The translations under genes were made by a program, and so were the position numbers. Positions 23,227-34,430 of a stretch of DNA of 64,000 nucleotides are shown piece by piece (the stretch's first letter is position 1; the number at the start of each line of letters is the position of its first letter). The notes beneath the pieces are model-generated. The model was not told the DNA's origin and did not search any database. It saw only the letters and a program-made list of their open reading frames with translations. The stretch covers positions 1,550,001 to 1,614,000 of the forward strand of contig OZ218956.1 of assembly GCA_965112735.1 (NCBI GenBank). Reading direction: 5' to 3'. Origin of the DNA: Phaeosaccion multiseriatum. Taxonomy: Eukaryota > Protista > Ochrophyta, other classes.

Positions 23227-26008
23227 GTTGTGGCTGTTGTTGTTCTTCCTACTCCTGCTGTTGTTGGTGTTGTTGCCACCGCTGCTGCCATCACCAGCTG
23301 CTGCTGCCTTCCTTGTGCCCCCTCCCCCTCCTCCTCCCCGCCTCTTGACCCGGTACTCTATCGAAAACACCTCGCGCCCTCCATTGGCGCCCGCCACAAA
23401 CCCCTGAGCGTCGGGGCCCACTCTGCAGTAGGTCGGAGGGAACTCGCTGGCCCTGCCCCTGCCCGGATCGCCGAGGTAGTCCTCCAGTAACTGCCGCACC
23501 ACCATTCGCTGCCCAATCCTCTCTGCCTCCGCCTTGGTATACTTCTTGCCAACCCCCGCACATCCTCCTCCTCCTCCTCCTCCTCCTCCTCCTCCCCCCT
23601 GCGAGAGAGAGTTGAGGTTTGTCACGTTCCGGAGCGCCTTGCAGTTCTCGCCCCTCCAGAGCTGCACGAGTTGAATCAGCGTGTAGTTGACGCCCTTGTG
23701 TGTGAGCTGCCGAGCCAGCTGCAGCAACTGCAGTGCGGCATCTGTACAGTCCTTTTCCTCCCGCTGATAAGCACCACATCCCTCCCCTCCTCCTCCCCCC
23801 CCTGCCCCGTGTCGGTTGCCACCCCCGTTGCCATTGAGAGCCTCGCAATTGTCGCACGTACCCCTGCAGAGGGCCCGGTCGAATTCCTCTCCAAAGTAGC
23901 CCAGCAGGAAGGTGCGGCGGCATTCCACCTCGTCAATGCCGTACTGCACACACTTGCGAACACTCACGAGCGCGTGCTTCTTGCGCTGAGGCGACATGCG
24001 GGGCCCTCCCCCGTCCTTCTTGCCATCAGTTACCATCCGCTCGATGCGGTTCTTGTCCTTGAAGGCGAAGAAGAGGATACACTCTGCTTGCAGACCATCC
24101 CGACCCGCCCGCCCACTCTCCTGGTAGTAATGCGTCAGGCTCTGCGGCATGGAGTGGTGGATCACATAGCGAACGTCGGGTTTGTTGATTCCCATGCCAA
24201 AGGCTACGGTCGCACAGATGAGCTTTGTCCTCCCTTTGCTCCATTGCCGGTGGACGTGCTGCTTCTCCTGCGTCGAGCGGTCCGCATGGTAGTAATCCAC
24301 GGTGATGCGGTTACGAATCACAGCTGGGTCCTTGAGTAGCTTCTCACACACCGTCTGACAGTCCTTACGGCTGAGGCAGTACACAATGCCAGTGTCGTTG
24401 CGGTACTGGCACGCAACCTTGGCAATCTCATCCACCACCTTTGTGGTCTTGCGCTCCACTCGGTACGAGAGGTTGGGGCGGTTGAAGCTGCGCTGTACGA
24501 GTACCTCATTGCGCATGCCCAACCGCTGCACTGCGTCCTTCACGATGCGTGTATCTGCAGTAGCGGTGAGCGCCATGATGGGCACGTTCGGGTAGTCTCG
24601 CCGCAGGGTATCGAGCTTGAGATAGTCGGAGCGAAAGTCGTGGCCCCACTGACTCATACAGTGCGCTTCGTCAATGACGAATCTGCTGAGGAGGTTGCGC
24701 TCGTACAGCCTGTGGAGCGCACTCCTCATGGACCCACTGTTGGCGAGCTTCTCCGGCGTAATGTACAACACCTTGAGCGACGAGCGCTCGTGCAGGTGGT
24801 ACAGCTTGTCCATCACCACCCTTCCTTCCGTCTCGTAGTCCTGCTCCGAGTTGATGTACGCCGCCTCCACCCCCACATCCTCCAACCCTTGGATCTGATC
24901 GTGCACAAGCGAGATGAGTGGACAAAACACCACGGCCAGACCGACGTCCAGCACTGCAGGCAGCTGATAGCACAGCGACTTCCCGCCCCCCGTGGGCATG
25001 AGCACAAAGACGTCCTTCCCGTGCAGGGCCGACAGAATCACTCTCTCCTGACCGTTACGGAGGCTGCGGTGCCCAAACTGATCCTTGGCGGTCCTGTAAA
25101 TGTCAATGTTGCCCGGCAGAGTCTTGGCTGTGAGGCCTTCACCCCCGTAGCCCTCGTAGCCTGCTTTCTTCTTGCCCTGCCCCCCTCCGTCCCTCCCCGC
25201 TGCTCCTGCAATCCTCCTCATTGGCATCTCTGCTTCCCAACCCCCTCCTCCTCCTCCTCCTCCTCCTCCTCCTCCTCCTCCTCCTCCTCCTCCTCCTCCT
25301 CCTCCTCCTCCTTCTTCTTCACCACTATAGCGTCCAGCAGATCTCGCTCCCTCGACAAAGCTGCCACTGAATGAGCTGTGAGCCCCTTCCCCTCCTCCTC
25401 CTCCTCCTCCTCCTCCTCCTCCACCACCACCACCACCACCGGCATAGTCATAGCCCCCCCCTCCTCCTCCTCCACTACCACCACCACCACCCGCATAATC
25501 ATAGCCGCCCCCGCCTCCAACCCCTCCTCCTCCTCCTCGGACCCCCTCTCCCGCGCCTGGGTCCTCGTCTGCCCATTCGAACTTGCCACAGTCGTCGCAC
25601 TTTCTGAACTGCCGTCCGGCGTTCTTCGCGGTGTGTGCCGTCCTGCAGACCATTGGCTTATCGCAGCACGTGTGTTCTCCACCAGCCTGCTGATGCTGCT
25701 GCTCCCGGGCGTAGTAGCGGCCTGCTCCTTGCCCTCCCCCGCCCCCTCCTCCACCACCCCCACCCCCGTAATCATAAGCCCCCTCCCCCCCTCCTCCACC
25801 TCGTCCTCGATTTGGGTCGTATGCGTAGTCGTCCGGGTTGTTGTGATTGTGGTTGTTGCTGCTGCTGTAGTTGTTGGTGCAGACGTCGTTGCCATAGTCG
25901 TTGTTCTGATGGCCCCCGCCGAAGGAGGTGTCCGTCGCCATCCTGTTGGCGTTGTTGCTGCTACCTTGTCCCCCAAACATCGGAACTGGAGCCTGGTGGT
26001 GATTGGCC

Positions 26009-26044
<36 letters not shown>

Positions 26045-28281
26045 GGCGATACAGACACACGCATGGCCACCATGGGGCGCTGCCTCTCTCGCTTCAAGCC
26101 CGCCTTGAGCTGCGCAAGCTCCTTCGCCTCCTCCTTTTGGACGTCTATCTCCCTCGTGAGCTGTGGCAAGGTGCCGATGGGGTCCGCTGCCATCTTCAGC
26201 CCAAGTGCTGCGAGTCGACTCGCGGTCCTGGAGGGAGGGCGGGAGGAGGAGGCAGGGAGGCAGGAAGGGAGGGAGGGAGGGAGGGGAGAAGAGGGGAGGA
26301 GGGGAGGGAGGGGAGGAAGGAGGGGAGGAAGGGAGGGAGGGGAGGAAGAGAAGAGGGCATGGCATGGGTGAGACCAAGCGGCGAAGGATCGTATCACAGC
26401 GCAGTACGTCAATTGACGACAGCACTGTTGGGTTAGTAAGGATACTCCTGGAAAAGCTCACCACACGCACTATGGACGCCAAAGCACACGTGCCCACACA
26501 CTTACACACACACCCACCCAAACAAACGCACTCACTCACTCACTCACTCACTCACTCACTCACTTTTTCATCTTTTTCTCGAGGGCAGCTACGGCAGCAG
26601 CAGTGTCAGCGGCGGCAGTCGAGTCCCCGGCTCCTCCGGCTCCGTGTGTCGCTCGCTTGGAGCCGGGGCTCTGGCTTTGGCTCTGCTGCTGCTGCTGCAT
26701 GTTCAGGACTTCCCCCTCCGGTACATTGGCAATATAGGCATCGAGATCGGGGTCGCTGCTGAAGCCGTCATCGTTAACCTCTCCAACCCCAAGTCGTCGT
26801 CCTCCTCCTCCTCCTCCTCCTCCTCCTCCTCCTCCTCCTCCTCCTCCTCCTCCTCCTCCTCCTCCTCCTCTTCCTCCTCCATTTCCTCCTCCTCCTCTTG
26901 CTCTGCCTCCGCTTTTGCCAAGCTCGCCACTCGATCCCCCCCCTCCCCGCTGAGGGCCCCATCCGCAGTCCGAGATGATCTCCACGCTGTCTTCGTCGGA
27001 GTCAGAGTCTACAGCGCCTTCGTAGGCTGCCGTCAGCTCTGCCACTTGGCGCTGCTTCTCCAAGGACAGAGGCGGCACTCGCGCCACGGCTCTCCCTTCT
27101 ATTCCTCCTCCTCCCCCTCCTCTGCCGCCTCCTCCTCCTCCTCCTCCTCCTCCTCCTCCTCCTCCTCCTCCTCCTCCTCCTCCTCCTCCTCCTCCTCCTC
27201 CTCCTCCTCCTCCTCCTCCTCGTCCTCGTCTTCCTCGCTGCTGCTGCTGCTGCTGCTGTTGCTGCTGTTGCTGCTGTTGCTGCTGTTGCTGCTGTTGCTG
27301 CTTGGTCTTCGTCTTGTAGGCCGGAGCCGACTGAGGCGGCTTTTTGACTGTCACGCACCTCCGCTGGCCGATGGGCGATGGCCGCCCCTTGCCCCTACCC
27401 TCAGTCTGCTTCACATATCTCGCGAGCTCGGAGTGTGGCACCATTCTCTGCACCTGGACATGTGCATCAACATCGTCTACGCTGCCACTCCCGATAGTCG
27501 GGCTCTCCTGGAGCTGAGCCAGCTGATACTGCATGGGAACGCGAGGTAGCTCCTGCAGCATGCCATGGGAGGCGAGCCTCGGCTGTTCCTGTGCCACCAA
27601 CTGCTGCTGCTGCTGGGCTCTGTTGCCAGCCCTGGCCGGCGCCGCCCCCCCTCCTTCCCCCCCTCCTCCTCCTCTCCGGGCTCCTGCTGTATCACCAACT
27701 GTCGCAGGAATAGGGGTGCGCATGATGCCCCCCAAGGCGGGGTAACGCTCCGCCTGGCAGGGCCAAGGAAGGGGCGAAGGGGGGAGGTGCACAAGGAAGG
27801 AGGAAAAAGAGGGGGAGAAAGTGGGAGGAGAGGAAGAGGAAGAAGATGCGGAGAGGGGGGATCAGAGGGGCGGGAGAGGGAGAATGAGAGTGGGAAAGAC
27901 AGAAGGGAGATGGGAGGACAGAATGAACGAGAGGAAAGGGAGAGGGGTTAAAGAGATGGCAGGATACCAGAGCAGGAGGAAAGAGGTCTTCCTGAAATGG
28001 GAAGGCTGCGACAGGAAAGGGGGGATGAAGGAGGAGAGGGTGTGCGGAGCGCGGGAATGGGGCCCAGGGATCGAAACGAAGGGAAGCACAAGCAGAGAAG
28101 CAGCAACAGCAGCATCAGCAGCAGCACCAGTAGTAGTAGCAGTCAGATGAAAATGGCTCCCTTCCTTCCTCCCTGCCTCCCTCCACTTTCTGCTCCCTTT
28201 CAAATGCACCTGCGTCTCCTCCTGCCACCACTCCACATGCTCGCTGTGGTTCCCCCGTTGCCTCTTCTTGCCGGGTGCCAT
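20685..28281 (-). CDS. BLM: RecQ-family DNA helicase of BLM/Sgs1 type (helicase, RQC and HRDC domains, plus a GRF-type Zn finger)
   Basis: Exons 28281-28210, 27753-26564, 26227-23050, 22784-22318, 22043-21641 and 21155-20685 join in frame. Motifs MPTGGGKS, DEAH, LTATA and YYQESGRAGRDG; RQC cysteines (CRR..CRGTCDNC); HRDC (DLSRR|VPLTKEELLKCEGMTENRVKSKGGEAILECI). N-terminal NHSEHVEWW resembles the Sgs1/Rqh1 N-terminus. Confidence 0.92.
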
Positions 28282-28599
28282 GATTCAGCACCAGAGCACA
28301 ATTTTACTCCCTCACTGTGGTCAGACAGCTGCGTCTGCCCAGCGGCATCCCCCCCCCCCCCCTTTCTCACACAGTGACAGATCAAATACGCCCGGTTTCA
28401 TCCCTTACACCCTCTCCTCCCTCGTCACTGCCTACTCTAGCTCCCCTTCACGCCACTCTCTACCCGTAACCTGCGTTGCAGATGTTCTGTTGATAATATC
28501 TTTTCTCTAACTCACTGAGATCGACCTCCCCTTTATTGGCCATCAAGTGCCATCCAAGGCGTTGGCTATTTTTGGCGCCCTTTTTTTTCCCCCAAAAAC

Positions 28600-28808
28600 T
28601 CGGCCCTGGAAGAGGTTACAGTGTGCGCAATCACGGCTGGCGCCGGTCAAAATCAGTAATCAGACCCGGCTGGCGCCGGCCATAATCAGTAATCAGGCCC
28701 GGCTGGCGCCATAATCAGTAATCAGGCCGGCTGGCGCCGGCAGTAATCAGTAATCAGGCCGGCTGCGCCGGCCGTAATCAGTAATCTGATAACCTCTTCC
28801 AGGGCCGA
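28600..28808. mobile_element. MITE-like element 1 (209 bp) with perfect 19-bp TIRs and a 6-bp TSD
   Basis: TIRs TCGGCCCTGGAAGAGGTTA (28600-28618) and TAACCTCTTCCAGGGCCGA (28790-28808). AAAAAC flanks both sides (28594-28599, 28809-28814). Interior is ~5 copies of CCGGCTGGCGCCGGCCRTAATCAGTAATCAGG. Confidence 0.8.
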
Positions 28809-28811
28809 AAA

Positions 28812-29260
28812 AACCTCTTTTAAAACCTCTTCAACCTCTCAACCTCTCGAACATCTCCAACCTCTTGAACCTCTTGACAACACTCTAACCTCTCCAACCT
28901 CTCCAATGTAAACCTCGTGAAACTTTCCAACCTCTCCAACCCCTGGGGCATCTCCAAGCTCTATCACCTCTTGAACCTCTCCAAGCAAGCCCTCCAACCT
29001 CTTGAACCTCTCCAACCTCTGGGGCATCTCCAAGCTCTATCACCTCTTGAACCTCTCCAAGCAAGCCCTCCAACCTCTTGAACCTCTCCAACCTCTCCAA
29101 CCTCTGTAACCTCTCGGACCCAAGGTGTCCAAGCTCTCCAAGCTCTCCAAGCATGAACGTCAGTTGCCATCCTCTCCCCAGGGTCCTCTCATCAGATCCC
29201 AGTTGCCAGCCTCTCCCAACCTCTCCATCGCCCCCTCCCAGCATCGCTCCAACCTCTTGG
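28812..29260. repeat. Degenerate 9-bp-period array (AACCTCTCC/AACCTCTTG) with a 76-bp higher-order duplication
   Basis: Directly visible; the block starting GGGGCATCTCCAAGCTCTATCACC occurs at 28945 and 29021. Confidence 0.8.
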
Positions 29261-29341
29261 TATTAGCTAGGGGGGATGTGGAAGAATTTAATTTAAAAAA
29301 AGGAGGGAGGAAGGAGAGAGAGAGAGAAAGAATGCGCTCCC

Positions 29342-32159
29342 TCAGAATAGACTCTCCCCGCTGCTCTCGCTCGGGGGGCCGTTCCGAGTAGGCATGGCCT
29401 TGAGCACGTGCTCACATATGTACATGTCCCCGAGAATGTCGCAAGCCACATGCACTTGGGTTCTCTCCTTGCCGCCCAACCACCAGGGCAGGCGGTACCG
29501 CAGTTGCCGGAAGTTGTACTTGGCTGTAGCCCAATGACCGGGCAAGAAGATCACCGCACACGCGATGAAGAGCGCTCCCAAGATGCTCGTCGAAGCAGCG
29601 ATGATGATCATTTCCATCGATATGCCCGCCTCCTCCTCCTCCTCCTTCAACACCGCCCATAGGAGGAAGTTGGCGACAGACACGACACCTACGCTGGCGC
29701 CGAGCTGGAGCACAACATCCGATGCGAATATATCCTGCAGAAGACCACTGCTTTCAGCTTCCAACACCTCGGCCGCAGCGGTGCTACAGTCCAAGGCGGA
29801 GGCAAAGCCCAACACCAAGAAGGACACCTCAACTGCGCTGCTTGTATTGGTCGCGGATGACGACAGCTGTCGCGCTTGCAACTCCATCACTGACGCTTGC
29901 CCTATTTGTCCCGACTCCTCCTCGCCGTTCGCCGTCCAACCGTTTACCCCTCCCCATTCTTCTTGATACCCTCCACCTCCTCCTCCTGTCCCTACTGTAG
30001 CACCTGCCCCTCCTGCTTCCCCTGCCCCTTCTCCTCCTCCTGCCGCCGCTGCTGCCGTCGCTGCCGCTGCTCCTGGGGCTCCTCCTGCTTGTGACCGCGG
30101 TGAAGTTGGCGGGTGTGGTGGAAGATACGACGGACCCTGGAGCTGTAATCGACGCGCCTCTTCCTCTGAGTTCCAGACCACCTCACGAATGGAGTCGATG
30201 TAAATGTTGTCTGAGTCTATGAACGACGACGAAAGGACGTTGAGAGTCAGTTTGAAGGAACCCTGGATGCCGGCATTGAAGGTATCTGCACCAAGCCCGA
30301 CCAGCACGCAAGTCCCGTTGAGGTAGTTCAGAGAATCGACACCGAAGTCGTCCGGAAGCGGCTCGAGTGTCGGAGCTGCTGTTGGGGCCAATGTTGGTGC
30401 TGTGCTTGGGGCGGCTGTTGGAGCTGCTGTTGGGGCTGCTGTAGGTGTTGCTGTCGGGGCTAGTGTTGGAGCTACTGTTGGGGCTGCTGTTGGTGCTGCT
30501 GTGGGCGCCTGAGGAAACGAGAGGGGGAGGAGGGGGGGGGGGCAAGATCAGTCACTATCATCCGTTCAGAGGATAGAAGACTGGGGGCACACTTTGCGCC
30601 CACAAAGGGAGACAAAGAGGAGGCAGAAGGAAGGGGGAGGGAGCGAAGGACAGTCGGAAGTAGGCAACACGAAGTAGTAGGCAACACGAACCTCAGTCGG
30701 GGCAAGGGTTGGGGCAGTGGTCGGAGCCAGCGTAGGCGCCTGAGAGCGACGATTCGAGCACGGGCAAGAGCGGAGGAGAGTGATTATACTACACGGGAGA
30801 GCAAGTAAGGAGGGAACAGGCATGACACAAACGAACCTGAGTCGGGGCAGCAGTTGGTGCAGCGGTCGGAGCAGCCGTAGGCGCCTGACAACGACGATTG
30901 GAAAACATGCATGAATGAGAAGTGGGGTTGGAAGCAATCAAAGCGAAGGAAAGACAATCGACAAAACGAATTTGAGTCTGGGCTTAGCTAAGGTTGGGGC
31001 AGCGGTCGGAGCAAGTAGGCGCCTGAGCAAGACCATTCGAGAAAGGGCAACAGCGGAGGAGGACAGAGATTGTACACGCCGGTCTACAACAGAGACGTAG
31101 ACAGAAGGAGGAAGGAAGGATGGGCAATGGAGAACAGCACGAACCTGAGTCGGGGCCAAGGTTGGGGCGATGGTCGGAACAGCCGTAGGCGCCTGAACAA
31201 GACGATTCGGAAACGCATGGAGAAGTTTGGTCACACAGACTGGCCTCACCGGGACAGGGTAAGGAAGGGGTGAGGGAAACGCCAATACGAACCAGAGTGG
31301 GGGCCACGGATGGGGCGGCGGTGGGGGCAGTCGTAGGTGCCTGAGAAAGACGATTCGGAACAACCCATTCGGAAGGCGAAGCAAGGTGGTGCAGGTGGGC
31401 TAGTTAGAGAACGAGCGAGCAAGGATGATGAAGGAGAGCCAAGAAATGCCAGCACGAACCTGAGTCGGTGCTAAGGTTGGGGCCACGCTCGGAGCAGCCG
31501 TAGGCGCCTGAGCAAGGCGATTCGGGACATCACAAGAATGAGAAACAAAGAACTTCCCTTAGCTTAGTCAGCTAGTCTAGCTAGGCTAACAGCGGTCAAT
31601 TAGTAATGGCAAAACAAACCTGAGTCGGCACTGCAGTTGGTGCGGCTGTTGGTGCTACGGTCGGAGCTGCTGTCGGTGCTACGGTCGGAGCTGCTGTGGG
31701 AGCTCTGGTCGGCGCTGCTGTGGGAGCTGGTGTGGGAGCGTTGGTGTATCCCAGGTCCAACTCTGCAGGAGGCATCTCTCCCGAGTCGTCTCCAATGTCA
31801 GATGTGCTCCCCGAGCCAAGTCTACCACTGAGAAGTTATCGGGCAAAACATCACCGCAAAGGGGCAGTAGATGGGGGCCGGAAACCGAGTAAGAGGAGGA
31901 GGAGAAGTCAGGAGGAGAAGGAGTGAAGAGGAGCAGCGGACAGTAAGGGAGGAGCATTCCGGGAGCAAAGAAGCGGCTGAGGCTGAGGGGGTGGCTGAGG
32001 GGGGGCAGTCAGGATGTGGAGTGGAGGAGGGGTTTCAGGAGGAGTGCGGCACCGAGACAGCGGATGGGGCTTCACACTGATGCAGTGGGTCGAGCACTGG
32101 GTCTATAGACTGCTCACAACAAAGCAAGAAGCACTTTTCTCACGCCCCTCGTCAGGGCA

Positions 32160-32220
<61 letters not shown>

Positions 32221-32937
32221 AGAGAGGCCGACAAGAAAACAGTATTCATAGCTATGATCCAGGTGATCGCTTCGGTTTCAGTTCGTTCACTCACTTGCCC
32301 CCCTCTCCCCAGCAGAATATGTTGGAGTTCGTGTCGAGGATGGCACACATGTGCTCATATCCAGTACACATGGCCACTGCGGTACGGCCTGTGCCGATGT
32401 CAATCTGTCGCACGGGAAAGAGACAAGAGAGAGGGGTCGGAAACGCTGAGGTAGGGCCAGGTGTTGCCTGGCTGGGGCGAGTGGACGGCCATGGAGAGGC
32501 AAGCAAGGGACCGCCGTCGGAGCAGGAGAGAGTCGCCCCAGCTATAACAGACACACTCACGCACCTCCGCCAGACCAGCCATATCCCCGGAAGCATCCCC
32601 AATAGTGCTGTCACCCGACTCCTGCCCCAACTCTCCGTTGAGGTTAGATCCCCAGCACTTTAATGCGCCTGTAAAAATAGATGATAGCGGCATCGAAAGA
32701 CGACGATGAGTGAACTTGAGTTTCGAGTATTCGAACTACAGAACAACAGTCCAGGAGGACATGTGCCTGCCACCTTGCCTTACCATTGTCCAAAATAGCA
32801 CACGTGTAGGACCCCCCACAGGAGACGGCCGTTGCCGTCCGGCCGGTGCCGAGATTGACTGTAACCAGGTCGTCTCCCATAGTACTGGTGACGTGACCAG
32901 CGGACGTCTGTGAGTCAGTTCCCAGCTGCGAGACACG

Positions 32938-32980
<43 letters not shown>

Positions 32981-34374
32981 CAGGGGGGGGAGGACGTAGG
33001 ATAGAAGTGAGAGTAGAAGAAGGAAGAAAAGACAAAAGAGGAGGGGGAAGCATGATACAAGGCAAGCAAAGGGAAGAACGTGGTAGCAATAGGCAGCGGC
33101 GGTGAGGTAGGGGATGGTAGCGCCACGACATAGGGGGTTGTAGCGACACGAGATAGGAGATGGTAGCTAGCACCACGAGATTGGGGATGGTAGCACCACG
33201 AGATAAAGGTCGGTGCTTACCTGGCCTACACGGGTCGACGTGCATGCGGTGTGTGCGCAGCGCAAACGGGCGAGAGGAGCCCGTGGGCAGTGGGGAGAGA
33301 GGCACACGCGAGGAAGACAAGGGGGGAGAGAGGGCGACGAGGGAAGGAATGAACGTACGCGCGTCAAATCCGTGCTGCATTCTGTCCAGACCAGGGGAGT
33401 GGGAAGGAAACCCAACGTCAAACCCAGCCCCTCCTCTACGCTACACCCAAGTTTCGACTCCACTCACGCACCCGAGTTGTTACTTCCCCAGCACACCACA
33501 TCAGCGGTGTCCAGTATGGCACAGGTGTGATAGTCGCCGGCCGATATCGCCACAGCCGTCCGACCCGTCCCGAGGTCGACGTCAGCCGCGGCGGTGTCGG
33601 GGGACAGCACATCGTCAGTGCTCTCCGTACCCAGCTGGCCTTCGTCCCCGCGGCCAAAGCATCTGTAGTGGAGCACAGCGAGGGAACTTGTTGGTGGCCG
33701 AAGAGATTCCTTAGTCAAGCTAACGGACACCAGGTACTAATCATTCTGGATTGAGCGGAGGGAGGCGGACGGATTGAATTACCTGACTGCTCCGTCGTTG
33801 AGCCGCACACATGTGTGCAAGAAGCCGACCGCGAACTCCTCAACGGTCCGGCCTGACAGAAAGTCAAGATTGCTCAGCGCACCCATCTCGCCCGTCATAT
33901 CTCCCTCTCCGACACTCAACACGGAGCCAGTTCCGGCCCCTCCCTCGGGGGATGCGCCCCAGCAATAGGAGCCACCGGAGAAGATGGCACACTGGGTGTC
34001 ACCCTGCCCGTGGCTCACTGAGACGGCGGTGCTGCCTGTTTGTATCATACTGTACGTTCGAATGCAGTTGTTGGGTGGGGGGGGCTCGGGGCTGAGTGTG
34101 TAGTTGTCAAATTCAGGAGAAGGAGGAGCAGGGTGAGACATGCGCTCCCTTCCTTGGGGCAGTGCTCCTAAGGAGGAAGTATGTAAAGCGCTGTGACGCA
34201 TTCACTTACGGCGTGAGGTTGGGAGTGGAAAAGTCTTGGGCGCTGGAAGTGTCGATGCCGAGCTGTCCGTTGGCATTTGCTCCTGTTCACATAGCAGCAC
34301 ATCGAAACCACGTCAGAAGGCAGGGCTGGAGATGCGTTAGGCAGAGAGGGAGAAAGGCGTCTCTCTCTCTCTCT

Positions 34375-34430
<56 letters not shown>

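Noticed and set aside
28812-29260. Telomere-like repeat
   Set aside because: The unit AACCTCTCC is degenerate, internal and unlike TTAGGG/TTTAGGG.
30692-31620. CRISPR-like pattern of ~48-65-bp repeats separated by ~100-bp unique spacers
   Set aside because: The repeats are bounded by AG/GT, encode in-frame PTAA peptides inside a eukaryotic gene, and no cas genes are present. They are cassette exons.
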